This document shows, one piece after another, positions 40,503 to 50,920 of a stretch of DNA of 64,000 nucleotides (positions within the stretch are counted from its first letter, which is position 1; every line of letters starts with the position of its first letter). The notes beneath the pieces were generated by a model that worked only from the letters and a program-made list of their open reading frames with translations, searched no databases and had not been told where the DNA came from. The stretch spans positions 1-64,000 of the forward strand of contig CAWCTR010000016.1 in the NCBI GenBank assembly GCA_963798485.1. The letters are read 5' to 3'. This DNA comes from an uncultured delta proteobacterium (lineage in GTDB: Bacteria; Desulfobacterota; Desulfomonilia; UBA1062). Made by a program: the position numbers and the translations under genes.

Positions 40503-40750
40503 AATATTTTCACCATATGTTTTACCCCCGGAAAATGCAGATTTATATCAGGTATATCAGGATTAGCTTTAAGGTGAATCTGTTTTATATTGGGAATCAT
40601 ACTATTTCAAAGAGAGGGTATGCCTCAAGTGACTCCCAATACAGCTATTACAAAAGTGCAGGCAGCCACCCATGGGACCCCGGCTCACTCAGGGCTCTCT
40701 CCACTCTGATAGGCAATAAGAGTATTTTACAAGGGGCATTGATAAACACC

Positions 40751-41551
40751 ATGAATATATATAGACCCAGGATCATACCCATAATAATTACAATCTGCAT
40801 ACTTCTTTTCCTCCCCGACATGCAGAAGGCTGTTTTTGCCGCCACCTCTGGTGCAAAAGAAAAATATCGGGAAGCTAATTCGGCATATGTTGAGCTATCA
40901 CGAGATGCAAGCCTCCGGAAGGACAAAGCCAACTGGGTGAAGGTGGTGCAAAAGTTTGATGATGTCACAACAGGATACCCTGAATCGTCTTTTGCCCCGA
41001 AAGCCTTATATATGGAGGGAAAACTCTACGAGCAGATCTATGGCTACTTCTTCAGGAAGGCTGACCTTGAAGAAGCAGTTAAAGCCTATAAGACGGTCGT
41101 CAGCAAGTATCCCGATTCCGGAACTGTGCCCGATGCCCTTTTCAGGGAGGCCAAAGTCTACGAGGTCAGGCTACGAGAGAAAAAGAAGGCCATCGAACTA
41201 TATCATGAGATCGTGAAGAAGTATCCAAGAGGGGATATTTCCTGGAAGGCGAGAGCTGCTCTTCACAGCCTTGAGAAAAAAAAGAACGGGGGTGAGGAGA
41301 AGGCTCCCGATGTGGATAATCAGGAAGGTACCGATCTCAAGCACAAGGAGACAAAGCAATCTGATAAGACCCTTGACCGGAATGAGGATGCGATCACTGT
41401 GGACAAGGATAATACACCTTCACAAGTTATGGGTAATCAGTCTTCGGTAACAAATGGACTCTCTCGCAAAATATCGAAGATCGTCATTGACCCAGGCCAT
41501 GGAGGGAAGGACACTGGAGCAATAGGACCAGATGGTGAGAAGGAAAAAGAT
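40751..41551 (+). pseudogene. TPR-containing N-acetylmuramoyl-L-alanine amidase, truncated
   Basis: Signal peptide, TPR helices, then KIVIDPGHGGKDTGAIG..GEKEKD. The rest of the Amidase_3 domain is absent and the ORF runs through non-homologous sequence to 41692. Confidence 0.7.
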
Positions 41552-41993
41552 CAAAGTCAATCAAGCTACTCTCCTTGCCATATTTGCAATCATACTGGTC
41601 CTTGTGGGGGCAGTCGTATTTCTGGAAAAGGGTATGCACAGAAGGGAAGCACAACATGTACTGGCGGCACCTGCAAAGCTTTTGAAACCTGATTTAATTA
41701 TAAAGGGCTGTCTGTTTGATCTCGGAATTCATAAAGACCAGACAACGACCTATAATCATACAATCAAGGTGGAGTCCCGTAAAAACTTCACCCGTGATCA
41801 GTTGTCATTCGCATTCAAGCCAGTCGAGAAATACGGCAACATCGAGATCAAGGATATCGGGTATGTAACAATAGAAGTTGGTGACGAGACCTGGATACAC
41901 ATCATCCAGCGTCTCTGTAAACAAATTCCATGCTTCAGCCGGAAGAACCATAAGCACCTACTTCAGGAATACACCCATCCTCTTCATTACTGA
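41532..41993 (+). pseudogene. Fragment of a membrane-anchored protein, probably truncated near 41895
   Basis: Basic N-terminus with a TM segment (MVRRKKIKVNQATLLAIFAIILVLVGAVVFL). The start overlaps the amidase break point. Confidence 0.4.
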
Positions 41994-42030
41994 TATGATA
42001 GTATCCTGCTTCTTCTTGATCACGGCATGT

Positions 42031-43008
42031 TCACCCGGCACAAGCTTTTATCCCGAAACATGCCACAAAATGGCCCTCTTCTGCTTCCTTCAGTTCAGGC
42101 CTTTCAAGGGTGCATTCATCCATGGCCTTGGGACAGGTCGGCCTGTATGGGCAACCGGTCTGACTCTGGATACCTGTAAGGTCAGCAGACACCTGAAGTG
42201 ACCTCGATTCGGGGAGCCTCCCTGATGCCTCGGGCACTGCTGCCATAAGGCACCGGGTATAGGGGTGGAGGGGGTTGTCGAAGATGGTCTGCGCCCGCGC
42301 GAGTTCCACAATGCGGCCCTGGTACATGACCGCAATGCGATGAGAAAGGTAGCCCACCACGGCAAGGTCATGGGAGATGAACAGATACGACAGCTTGAAT
42401 TGGGCCTGGAGATCGGTAAGGAGGTTTATGACCTGGGCCTGGATAGATACATCCAATGCGGAAACCGGCTCGTCGCAGATGATGAGCTTGGGGTTGATGG
42501 CCAGGGCCCGGGCAATACAGATCCTCTGGCGCTGTCCGCCTGAGAACTCGTGCGGATAACGACCCAGCATATCAGTGCTTAAGCCGACCATATTGAGCAA
42601 CAGCAAAACCCTCTCCCAGATCTCGTTCTTGTTCCCGGTCTTATGGACGATCATGGGCTCTTCGATTATAGAGAGGATTTTTTTTCTCGGGTTCAAAGAA
42701 CCGAAGGGGTCCTGGAAGATCACCTGCATGCCCCTGCGGACCTTCTTGAGGGTCTCCCCCTTTGCATGCAAGATATCCATCCCGTCAAAGACGATCTTTC
42801 CTTTATCCGGGTCTAAGAGCCTCAGTATCAGCTTGCCCAGTGTGGTTTTGCCGCACCCTGACTCCCCCACAAGCCCCAAGGTCTCGTTGGGCCACAGGTC
42901 GAAGTCTACACCGTTCACGGCATGGACAAACCCGGCCGTTCTGCCGAAGGCGCCCGATCGGATGGGGAAGGACTTCATGAGCCCCTGTACACTAAGGATA
43001 GGGTTCAT
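42031..43008 (-). CDS. Oligopeptide/dipeptide ABC ATPase (OppF/DppF-like)
   Basis: [24 protein letters not shown] motifs and a C-terminal Cys cluster. Confidence 0.92.
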   Translation of the reverse strand: MNPILSVQGLMKSFPIRSGAFGRTAGFVHAVNGVDFDLWPNETLGLVGESGCGKTTLGKLILRLLDPDKGKIVFDGMDILHAKGETLKKVRRGMQVIFQDPFGSLNPRKKILSIIEEPMIVHKTGNKNEIWERVLLLLNMVGLSTDMLGRYPHEFSGGQRQRICIARALAINPKLIICDEPVSALDVSIQAQVINLLTDLQAQFKLSYLFISHDLAVVGYLSHRIAVMYQGRIVELARAQTIFDNPLHPYTRCLMAAVPEASGRLPESRSLQVSADLTGIQSQTGCPYRPTCPKAMDECTLERPELKEAEEGHFVACFGIKACAG

Positions 43009-44054
43009 GCCCCCTTGTACCTCCAGCAGCTGACCTCTCGGGCGGTACAAGGGTGAAAGATCGGGGGAAACTCGGCCCTGCATATGTCCATCACCTCAGG
43101 GCACCGTGGGTTGAATGTGCATCCGCGGGGAATGTCCTTAAAGGTGGGGACGTTGCCCGGTATGGCATAGAGTCTATCGCCCATGAAACCCTCACTGAGC
43201 CTTGGCACGGACTTCATGAGCCCCTTTGTGTAAGGGTGCAGGGGCTCTAGAAAGATTTCATCGGCCTTTGAATATTCCACTATATGGCCTGTGTACATGA
43301 CCGCCACATCCTGGCATACCTGTGCAACAACACCGAGGTCATGGGTCACCAGGATTATGGATGCCCCGATCTCTTCCTTGAGGTCTCTCATGAGGCCCAG
43401 GATCTGCGCCTGGGTGGTCACATCCAATGCCGTGGTGGGCTCATCGGCAATGAGCAGTGTGGGCCTGCATGCCATGGCCATGGCAATCATAACGCGCTGG
43501 CACATGCCGCCGCTGAGTTGGTGGGGATAATCCCTTATCCTCTTATGGGCTTCGGGTATGCCGACCATATTCAGCATATCCGCGGCGATGTCCAGGGCCT
43601 GTTTTTTTGTGCCGGCAATTTGCCGCTGGTGCAGAAGGATCACCTCGGCGATCTGTGAGCCGATGGTAAACACCGGATTGAGCGACGTCATGGGCTCCTG
43701 GAAGATCATGGAGATCTTATTGCCCCTGATGGCGCGCATCCTGTCCGCCTTCAAGCCCAGCAGGTCAACACCCTGGAACGTGATGCTGCCATGCGTAATC
43801 TTGCCCGGCGGGTCAGGGACCAGCCTGAGGATGGACAGGGCGAGCACGGTCTTCCCGCAACCGGATTCGCCCACGATGCCGAGTGTATGCCCGGCCTTCA
43901 GTGCAAGGGTTACACCGTCTACGGCCTTCACCACACCCTCGGGGGTGAAAAAGGATGTGTGCAGACCTTGAATATCAAGGAGATTATCGCCTTGTTCTCT
44001 CAGAGAAGGCATCTCAAGTCCTGCCGAAGCGTTCATTGTGAATTTTCCATCCAT
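43005..44054 (-). CDS. Oligopeptide/dipeptide ABC ATPase (OppD/DppD-like)
   Basis: [26 protein letters not shown] and DEPTTALD motifs. Confidence 0.92.
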   Translation of the reverse strand: MDGKFTMNASAGLEMPSLREQGDNLLDIQGLHTSFFTPEGVVKAVDGVTLALKAGHTLGIVGESGCGKTVLALSILRLVPDPPGKITHGSITFQGVDLLGLKADRMRAIRGNKISMIFQEPMTSLNPVFTIGSQIAEVILLHQRQIAGTKKQALDIAADMLNMVGIPEAHKRIRDYPHQLSGGMCQRVMIAMAMACRPTLLIADEPTTALDVTTQAQILGLMRDLKEEIGASIILVTHDLGVVAQVCQDVAVMYTGHIVEYSKADEIFLEPLHPYTKGLMKSVPRLSEGFMGDRLYAIPGNVPTFKDIPRGCTFNPRCPEVMDICRAEFPPIFHPCTAREVSCWRYKGA

Positions 44055-44154
44055 TCCCTTATAGGATTATCTTCTCACGTGTTAAGATATAACAGATTCA
44101 CTGATATCACGATACTACCGGACTTCCAAGTTAACTCATCAGTGGATAAAAACC

Positions 44155-44505
44155 TCAGAACATCACCCTTGATCCACCATTTTCACACAAGAAGTGCACT
44201 TGACTTACCCCCTCCTTTAAGCGGATGGCCTTGGCAAGATCCTCATAAAGACTTTCTTCAATGGGGTCCATTATCGAGACCGGTCTGCCGTCTTCACGCA
44301 GGCAAAACCGTAACGATACAATGCGGCCTGTCACAACAGCATAGCTGCATCCTGCGGGGCCGCAACATGACCGGTCCATCACTGCATATCCTACAAGGTA
44401 CAGTATCCGGCCTGCAGGATGGTCAAGCCTCTCTTCTCTTGTGAAAAGGTAATGACCTCCTATTGCTTCAACTTCCTCACCTAGCTGGGGGTGTACAAAC
44501 TCCAC
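44155..44505 (-). CDS. Hypothetical protein with a CCxxxGC motif
   Basis: GTG start after AAAGGAGGG; DRSCCGPAGC motif. Confidence 0.6.
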   Translation of the reverse strand: MEFVHPQLGEEVEAIGGHYLFTREERLDHPAGRILYLVGYAVMDRSCCGPAGCSYAVVTGRIVSLRFCLREDGRPVSIMDPIEESLYEDLAKAIRLKEGVSQVHFLCENGGSRVMF

Positions 44506-44715
44506 GAGCCCTCCTTTGCAGCCGGCCCATTTTCACTTCCATAGATGATCATAACTTCTTTATTGTCAAGCTGATCATGGAGTTACTGAAATGTATTTCA
44601 CGTTTGTTATCTCTTCATAATCCGGTTAAAGTTTGTATATCCGTCCTCCGATGAACCATATATCATGGCCTGTGACTGGTAGAAGTACTATCTAAGAGAA
44701 AGGTATTGTTAAAAG

Positions 44716-45765
44716 ATGAGCCTATTTGACAAGCTCTTCGGGCGAAACAAGGCATCCAAGGAGATCTCTGCCTGCGAAGGTGCCCTGGAGAAACGCCCGA
44801 ACGACACCATGATCCTCAAGAAGCTTGGTGACCTCTATCTCAAGGCCAACAACCACAAGAGCGCCTCCGAGGTCTATGTACGCTTAGGAGAAATCTATAG
44901 TGAGAAAGGTTTCTACCCCAAGGCCATAGCGCTGTACAAGCAGGCGATCAAGATCAACTTATCCTGGGAAGGGCCTTATGAGAAGCTTGCCGAACTCTAC
45001 CGGGTTCAGGGGTTCTCCCGGGAGGCCGCCACCCAGTATGTCAAGCTGGCAGAGATGCTCGAAAAGGACGGTAGTAGCGTAGAGGCCACCATGTACATGC
45101 AGAAGGCAGCAGAGCTGGACCCGGCCATCAACCAGATGAGCAAGAAGGTCCACACCTTCAAGGTCAAGGAAAAGGCCATGACAGAGGCCATTCCCAAGAC
45201 CGCGCATAAGCCTGAGTTTGAGCGAACCGAGTTCTATGATCTTACCAAAGAACTCGATAAACAGCTGGAAAAGGAACTCTCTGAGTTCTCCATTGATGAA
45301 ACCTTTGAAGACAACGAGGATACTACAGGCGTAGAATCCGTATTCAAGGCCATCGAAGAAAATGCCTTAAAAGAAGGTAAGGATGACCCGTTGTTCCAAT
45401 ACAATATGGGACTTGCCTATAGGGAAACAGGACTTCTGGATGAGGCCGTCGAGTCTTTCAAAAAGGTTATCGGTACGGGTGAGAAACTCTATGATGCCTG
45501 TGTTATGCTTGGGTTAACCTACAGGGAAAAGGGCCTCTTCCATGAGTCCCTTGACATACTCCGGAAGGCGGTATCGCTGGAAGAGGCATCCACTGACATG
45601 AAGGTGGGGATTCTCTACGAAATAGCCCAGACATACAAGTCCTTGGGTGATAATCAAGCTGCCTTGTCCATCTTCAGGGAGATTCAGAAAGAGCATAGGG
45701 ATTTCAAAGATGTTGAGCTTGAAATAATCCGCCTGGCGGGTGGAGGACAATATGGCAGTCATTAA
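44716..45765 (+). CDS. TPR protein (SgmX-like termini)
   Basis: N-terminal TPRs (GFYPKAIALYKQ), an acidic linker, and C-terminal TPRs (YNMGLAYRETGLLDEAV...HRDFKDV). Confidence 0.75.
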   Translation: MSLFDKLFGRNKASKEISACEGALEKRPNDTMILKKLGDLYLKANNHKSASEVYVRLGEIYSEKGFYPKAIALYKQAIKINLSWEGPYEKLAELYRVQGFSREAATQYVKLAEMLEKDGSSVEATMYMQKAAELDPAINQMSKKVHTFKVKEKAMTEAIPKTAHKPEFERTEFYDLTKELDKQLEKELSEFSIDETFEDNEDTTGVESVFKAIEENALKEGKDDPLFQYNMGLAYRETGLLDEAVESFKKVIGTGEKLYDACVMLGLTYREKGLFHESLDILRKAVSLEEASTDMKVGILYEIAQTYKSLGDNQAALSIFREIQKEHRDFKDVELEIIRLAGGGQYGSH

Positions 45766-46771
45766 TTATTCCAAGAAGGAGATCTCGGCGAAAATCGTCT
45801 ATTACGGACCTTCCCTGTGCGGGAAAACAACAAACATACAGTCCATCTATGCCAGCCTCAAACCCGATCAGAAGGGCAAGCTCGTCTCTCTGGCAACAGA
45901 GGCTGACCGGACATTGTTCTTTGATTTCCTGCCTATTGAAATCGCGAATATCCGTGGCTTCAAGACCAGGCTCCACTTCTACACAGTCCCGGGCCAGGTA
46001 TATTACAACTCCACACGAAGGGCCGTTCTCACCGGAGTGGACGGTCTCGTATTCGTAGCAGATTCCCAGCGGGATAAGATGGAAGAGAACATCGAGAGCC
46101 TGAACAATTTGGAAGAGAACCTGAATTACTATGGGAAGAGCATCAAGACCATCCCAATAGTCATCCAGTATAACAAGAGAGACCTCTCCGATGTCACATC
46201 AGTGGCTGAGATGGAGCAGATGATCAACCCCTATGGGAATCCGTCCTTCGAGTCCGTGGCCACCACCGGGGAAGGTGTGCTGGATACACTCACCAAGATC
46301 ACCAAGATGGTGCTCCAGCATATTGAGATGGGGACAAGCGGCAAGCAACCCAGAAGCCAAGGCGCCATGGCAGAAAAACCCCCTGTTTCTCCCGGCCTCT
46401 CTCAAACTGGTTTGTCCTCTCAAGGTGCGCCACAGCAAGGCTTATCCGAATCCGGCATACCCCGGACCGGCATATCACCTCAGAGCGGCCTGTCTCAACC
46501 GACACCATCACCAAGGGAACAAGAGCCACCACCCGAGAGCCATATGGAACCTGCCTTGGATTTGCCCAGATATAATGAACCTGAACCCAGCGTAACCGGG
46601 GCCGTGCCAAAGTCCTCAGTAGGCAGGATTCAGATAGTAGGCACGGATAATGCAGAAATTATATCGGCAAATGCCATAAGTGTACCGATCAGGGTGAAAA
46701 TTGAGGGCGATATGAAGGTATACAGAATAGACCTGGCTATCAAGCTTGATGGCTTCAAACCAGAGGATTAA
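45752..46771 (+). CDS. MglA-family small GTPase with a C-terminal extension
   Basis: KIVYYGPSLCGKTTN, DRTLFFD, YTVPGQV, FVADSQ and QYNKRDL motifs. GGAGG RBS. Confidence 0.92.
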   Translation: MAVINYSKKEISAKIVYYGPSLCGKTTNIQSIYASLKPDQKGKLVSLATEADRTLFFDFLPIEIANIRGFKTRLHFYTVPGQVYYNSTRRAVLTGVDGLVFVADSQRDKMEENIESLNNLEENLNYYGKSIKTIPIVIQYNKRDLSDVTSVAEMEQMINPYGNPSFESVATTGEGVLDTLTKITKMVLQHIEMGTSGKQPRSQGAMAEKPPVSPGLSQTGLSSQGAPQQGLSESGIPRTGISPQSGLSQPTPSPREQEPPPESHMEPALDLPRYNEPEPSVTGAVPKSSVGRIQIVGTDNAEIISANAISVPIRVKIEGDMKVYRIDLAIKLDGFKPED

Positions 46772-48272
46772 AGGTGTGCAAGCAGCTCCGGTGTTTACAG
46801 GGATCCTGCCCATAATCACCCTTAACGGCGTTCCCTTATCCTGGCCGGTCATCAGCACAATCCTTGGAAATAGTTACTTTTTCGTTATTACAGCGACGCT
46901 TTTGACCCTTTTCCTGGTGGGGTTGTGCCTGATTTACAAATATACACCACAGATGCTCAATGACCTCAGGGCTTTTACCAATAATGACCTGGCGGACAGA
47001 GGTCTTATTGTGTGGATGATTTTTATACTGCTGATACCCCTGTTCTTCGATGTAGGCCCCATGATGCTCTTGCTCTGGTGGATCTTACTCTTGTGGGGAT
47101 ATCTGATCCCTGCTGAAAAACGGATAGCATTCTTCTTCGTATTCCTCATCCTCATGTCCAGTTGGATCGCCCATATAGGGGCGGGCTTTATCACGTATAC
47201 CGAAAATCAGATCAACAGACAGATCTATGCGACTGAACATAGACAGGCCAATGAAACGGATACCAGTGCAATTGCATCATGGATCTCCACTCACCCGGAT
47301 GACGCTGAGCCTATGAACACCATGGCCCTTATCGAGATCAATAGATCGAATTATCCGGAAGCGATCAGGCTCCTCAATAGGAGCATCGACCTGGACCCTG
47401 ACAATCCAAGGTTTTACAACCATTTAGGGCTGGCATTAATCGGCTCCGAAAAAAGCAAAGAGGCATTCAAGGCATTCCAGAACTCCATCGTGCTCATGCC
47501 GGACAACGTAGTCTACCACTACAACCTGTCCAGGCTTTATCAGTCGACCTATAACTTCTACGAAGGGGAAAAGGCCATTGCCACGGCGAGCGGTATTGAT
47601 GCCGATAGGGTACGACATCTCCTGGATGAAGAAAACGCTGTAGGAAGGACCAGGTACATACAGGAATACTCACCGCTGCGGTTACAGCTTGCTCGGCAAA
47701 TGAAACCTTCCGAGGAGTTGAGATCCGTTGCTGATGCCCTCTGGACCTTCGCCTTTGGCATGATCCCAAGGAAGGCGTCGATCTTCCTTGCATTCGGATG
47801 CCTCCTTGTCTTTCTCATGATGGGCTATGTCCCTGATGACAAGTTTACCAAGCGTTGCAGCCGTTGCGGGAAGCTGTACTATTCCGGCGCAAGAACAACA
47901 TCCGGAAACCCCATGTGCCTCCAGTGCCACTGGATCGATGTAAAGACAAAGAAACAGCAGGGCAGCATACTCCACCATAAGACGGAAGAGATCAGGAAAT
48001 ATAAGACATACAGCTACCAGAAGCTGTTAAGGCTCGAGCTTATTTTGCCGGGCCTCGGCTCCTTCCTGACCAACCGAACAAGCACCGCATTGATCCGTAT
48101 GAGTGTATTAAGCGCTTCGCTTGTGGCCATTATAACCGGAGGGCAATTTATTATCTCCTTCACCCCGGTCGCAATAGAATATACAGGGATTATCCGGATC
48201 ATCGGCGCCATATCCCTTGGTCTGCTCTTGATAAGGGCTTATAAGGCCCCTCCCATCAGGTACGGGGTGTAA
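46749..48272 (+). CDS. Multi-pass membrane TPR protein with a zinc-finger-like motif
   Basis: TM helices, a TPR block, CSRCG...CLQC, and C-terminal ILPGLG TM segments. The start is uncertain. Confidence 0.75.
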   Translation: MASNQRIKGVQAAPVFTGILPIITLNGVPLSWPVISTILGNSYFFVITATLLTLFLVGLCLIYKYTPQMLNDLRAFTNNDLADRGLIVWMIFILLIPLFFDVGPMMLLLWWILLLWGYLIPAEKRIAFFFVFLILMSSWIAHIGAGFITYTENQINRQIYATEHRQANETDTSAIASWISTHPDDAEPMNTMALIEINRSNYPEAIRLLNRSIDLDPDNPRFYNHLGLALIGSEKSKEAFKAFQNSIVLMPDNVVYHYNLSRLYQSTYNFYEGEKAIATASGIDADRVRHLLDEENAVGRTRYIQEYSPLRLQLARQMKPSEELRSVADALWTFAFGMIPRKASIFLAFGCLLVFLMMGYVPDDKFTKRCSRCGKLYYSGARTTSGNPMCLQCHWIDVKTKKQQGSILHHKTEEIRKYKTYSYQKLLRLELILPGLGSFLTNRTSTALIRMSVLSASLVAIITGGQFIISFTPVAIEYTGIIRIIGAISLGLLLIRAYKAPPIRYGV

Positions 48273-48273
48273 G

Positions 48274-49239
48274 ATGGCACTACTCGGGACACTCAAAGGA
48301 TTCGGCGTCACAGAGATTTTCCAGCTCATCTCCCAGCAGATGAAGACAGGTGCGCTGATCCTCTCCTCACCCAAGGCCAATGTCACCATTACCTTTGAGA
48401 ACGGTGTCATCGTGGGCATAACCTCTGATCAATGGGAGAGAGACCCCCGCGCCGACGTTCTCCTCAAGGCGGGCTACGTCAATGAAAAAGAGCTTAAGGC
48501 AGCCTTTGAAAACGAGAAGAAGAACTCAGAGCGCTGGCATGATATTTTAATCTCTAAAGGTCAGCTGAAGAAGCTCTTCCTGGATAGGGCGACCAATGTA
48601 GTCATAAAGCAGACCCTGCTTGAGGTGTTCCAGTGGAGGGAGGGAGGTTATAAATTCGATGACTGGAATACCGAACTAACGAGCATGCTCTCCTGCCACA
48701 TACCCACAGAGGGCGCCATCCTCGACACATTACGCATCATCGACGAATGGCCCACCATCAAGCAAAAGATACCTCCGGTGGATTATTGTCCTGTAACCAT
48801 CATCCCCATCACCGAGGAGATCGTGGGCCATCACGAACTGAGCGATGTGGACCTGCATATCTATGACTTGATCGACGAGAAGAGGACGGTCGAGCGTATA
48901 GTAAAGGAATCGCTCGAACCCCCGTTTGAGGCATTAAGCTCTCTGGTCAGGCTTATCGACATCGGCCTCGTGGAGGTATTTCCAGAGGGCGCCAAGGACA
49001 TACGTGATGTCTCCATTGCCCGGAGTCTCTTCTTGAGCCAGGTCAAACAGGCGGCGCTCTATGTTGTGCTCGTCCTTTGCATCTTTATTCTGCTCATCAT
49101 AGGTCACCCCAGGGTCACAAAGGGACTTATCCCCAAAGAGATCAAGACGTACCTTAATGACCAGACGACATTACGTGAGCAATTCAGCTCGAAGCAGAGA
49201 GCGCCTTTAGAGACAGATATAGATAATCATGCCCATTGA
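48274..49239 (+). CDS. DUF4388 (PatA N-terminal-like) domain protein with a C-terminal TM segment
   Basis: MALLGTLKGFGVTEIFQLI...KTGAL, FQWREGGYKF and IDEW motifs. Confidence 0.85.
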   Translation: MALLGTLKGFGVTEIFQLISQQMKTGALILSSPKANVTITFENGVIVGITSDQWERDPRADVLLKAGYVNEKELKAAFENEKKNSERWHDILISKGQLKKLFLDRATNVVIKQTLLEVFQWREGGYKFDDWNTELTSMLSCHIPTEGAILDTLRIIDEWPTIKQKIPPVDYCPVTIIPITEEIVGHHELSDVDLHIYDLIDEKRTVERIVKESLEPPFEALSSLVRLIDIGLVEVFPEGAKDIRDVSIARSLFLSQVKQAALYVVLVLCIFILLIIGHPRVTKGLIPKEIKTYLNDQTTLREQFSSKQRAPLETDIDNHAH

Positions 49240-50875
49240 GGCGTATCTTTACCGGCGAAAAGGCTACATCAAGGCATCTTCCTTTTTCACAGAATTCAGA
49301 GTCAACAGCACACCGCAGCGTATGAAAGACCCTGTTGGAATGCCTCAGCATCAGCTTTGTCTGGCCGTCCTCAAAAATCTTGCGCCCCACGATCTCCATG
49401 GATGGAATCAGAAACACCGGCTCAGGATTGCCTTCGCCGAAAGGGGAGAGCAGTTCAAGCTCATCTAAAAAAACCGGTGTGAGATCGAAGGGGGAGAGCT
49501 TGAGATCAACCGTAAATGTCATCTGCTCTTCGTGTTTCTGAAGGAAAATGGCCTCATTAAGGGCCTGAGAGAACAAGGTGATCCGTTCTTCAGAGATACT
49601 CAACCCAACGGCCATCTTGTGTCCACCGAAACTGCTGAGCAGCCCATTCGTGGTACCCAGGCAACGATGCAGATCAATACCCACCAGTGACCTGCCTGAA
49701 CCGATGCCGACTCCATCCATGAATGACACGACAATGGCGGGCCTGGAGTAGATATTCACCAGCCGTGAGGCTACAATTCCAAGGACACCGATGTGCCAGT
49801 CGTTTCCCCATACAACGGTTACATTTTCCAAAGGGGGCTGATCTTTTAATTGCTCAAGCGCCATCGCCAGGACCTTCTGCTCATGGATCTGCCTTTTCCT
49901 GTTCAGACCGTCAAGTTCCTGAGCCAGGACATGGGCCCTTGTCTCATCATTTGTGGTAAGCAGATCAAAGGCCTTTCTGGCATCCGATATCCTGCCGGCG
50001 GCATTTATCCGCGGACCAAGAATGAACCCCAAATCGCGCGAGATGACCTCTTTCTTGATGCCTGCAACCTTTACAAGTGCCTGGATGCCGACCCTAAGCG
50101 TAGAGTTCATGACGTTCAGCCCCTCTTTAACCAGGATGCGATTTACCCCGGAAAGACTGACCGAATCGGCAACAGTTGCCATAGCAACGATATCGAGCTC
50201 GTCTTTGAGGTTCGGCAGATCATCTCTGCCTCGTTCTCTGAGCAAGGCGCGTAATGCTACAATCAGGTGAAAGACCACCCCTGCACCGCAGAGGTCTTCC
50301 CCGAAGAAAAGGCAGTCGGGCTGTTTGGGATTAATCAGGGAGTATGCCTGCGGGACCTCGGAATCAATCTCGTGGTGGTCTGTGATGATGACATCCATGC
50401 CCAGTGAGTTCGCATAGCTCACCTCTTCAACAGCCGTTATCCCGCAATCGGCGGTAATGAGCAGGCTCACCGCCTTAGCATGCAGCTCTTCAATTCCGCG
50501 CCTGTTCAGGCCATATCCATCAAAGATCCTGTCAGGGATGAAGATTACAGGCGGCTCACAGCCGATGAACACAAGAAACCGATGGATGAGCACTGCGCTG
50601 CATACACCATCTACATCGTAATCCGTAAAGACGCCGATGGTCTCTCTTTTATCTATGGCCTGGGCAATCCGCTCGCAGGCCTTATGGATCCCTAACATAC
50701 CCCTGGGGTCTCTGAGCTGGCCGAGATTAGGCGTAAGATAATCCAGGACTTTGGCAGGGTCCGCCATGCCCCGACTACGCACAAGCGACCGGAAGGCAGG
50801 GGTAAACTTCAGAGAGGGCAACGCATTGTCATCAACCTGCCCTTGGAACACCCATTCGGGTGACATACATACCAT
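49184..50875 (-). CDS. recJ: Single-stranded DNA exonuclease
   Basis: DYDVDG, TDHH, PRINAAGR, GSGRS, GGH and PFGEGNPEP motifs. Confidence 0.95.
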   Translation of the reverse strand: MVCMSPEWVFQGQVDDNALPSLKFTPAFRSLVRSRGMADPAKVLDYLTPNLGQLRDPRGMLGIHKACERIAQAIDKRETIGVFTDYDVDGVCSAVLIHRFLVFIGCEPPVIFIPDRIFDGYGLNRRGIEELHAKAVSLLITADCGITAVEEVSYANSLGMDVIITDHHEIDSEVPQAYSLINPKQPDCLFFGEDLCGAGVVFHLIVALRALLRERGRDDLPNLKDELDIVAMATVADSVSLSGVNRILVKEGLNVMNSTLRVGIQALVKVAGIKKEVISRDLGFILGPRINAAGRISDARKAFDLLTTNDETRAHVLAQELDGLNRKRQIHEQKVLAMALEQLKDQPPLENVTVVWGNDWHIGVLGIVASRLVNIYSRPAIVVSFMDGVGIGSGRSLVGIDLHRCLGTTNGLLSSFGGHKMAVGLSISEERITLFSQALNEAIFLQKHEEQMTFTVDLKLSPFDLTPVFLDELELLSPFGEGNPEPVFLIPSMEIVGRKIFEDGQTKLMLRHSNRVFHTLRCAVDSEFCEKGRCLDVAFSPVKIRLNGHDYLYLSLKALSASS

Positions 50876-50920
50876 GCCTCTCTCTCTAAACCTGTGATGT
50901 TGGTAAGTCAAGGAGGGCCG

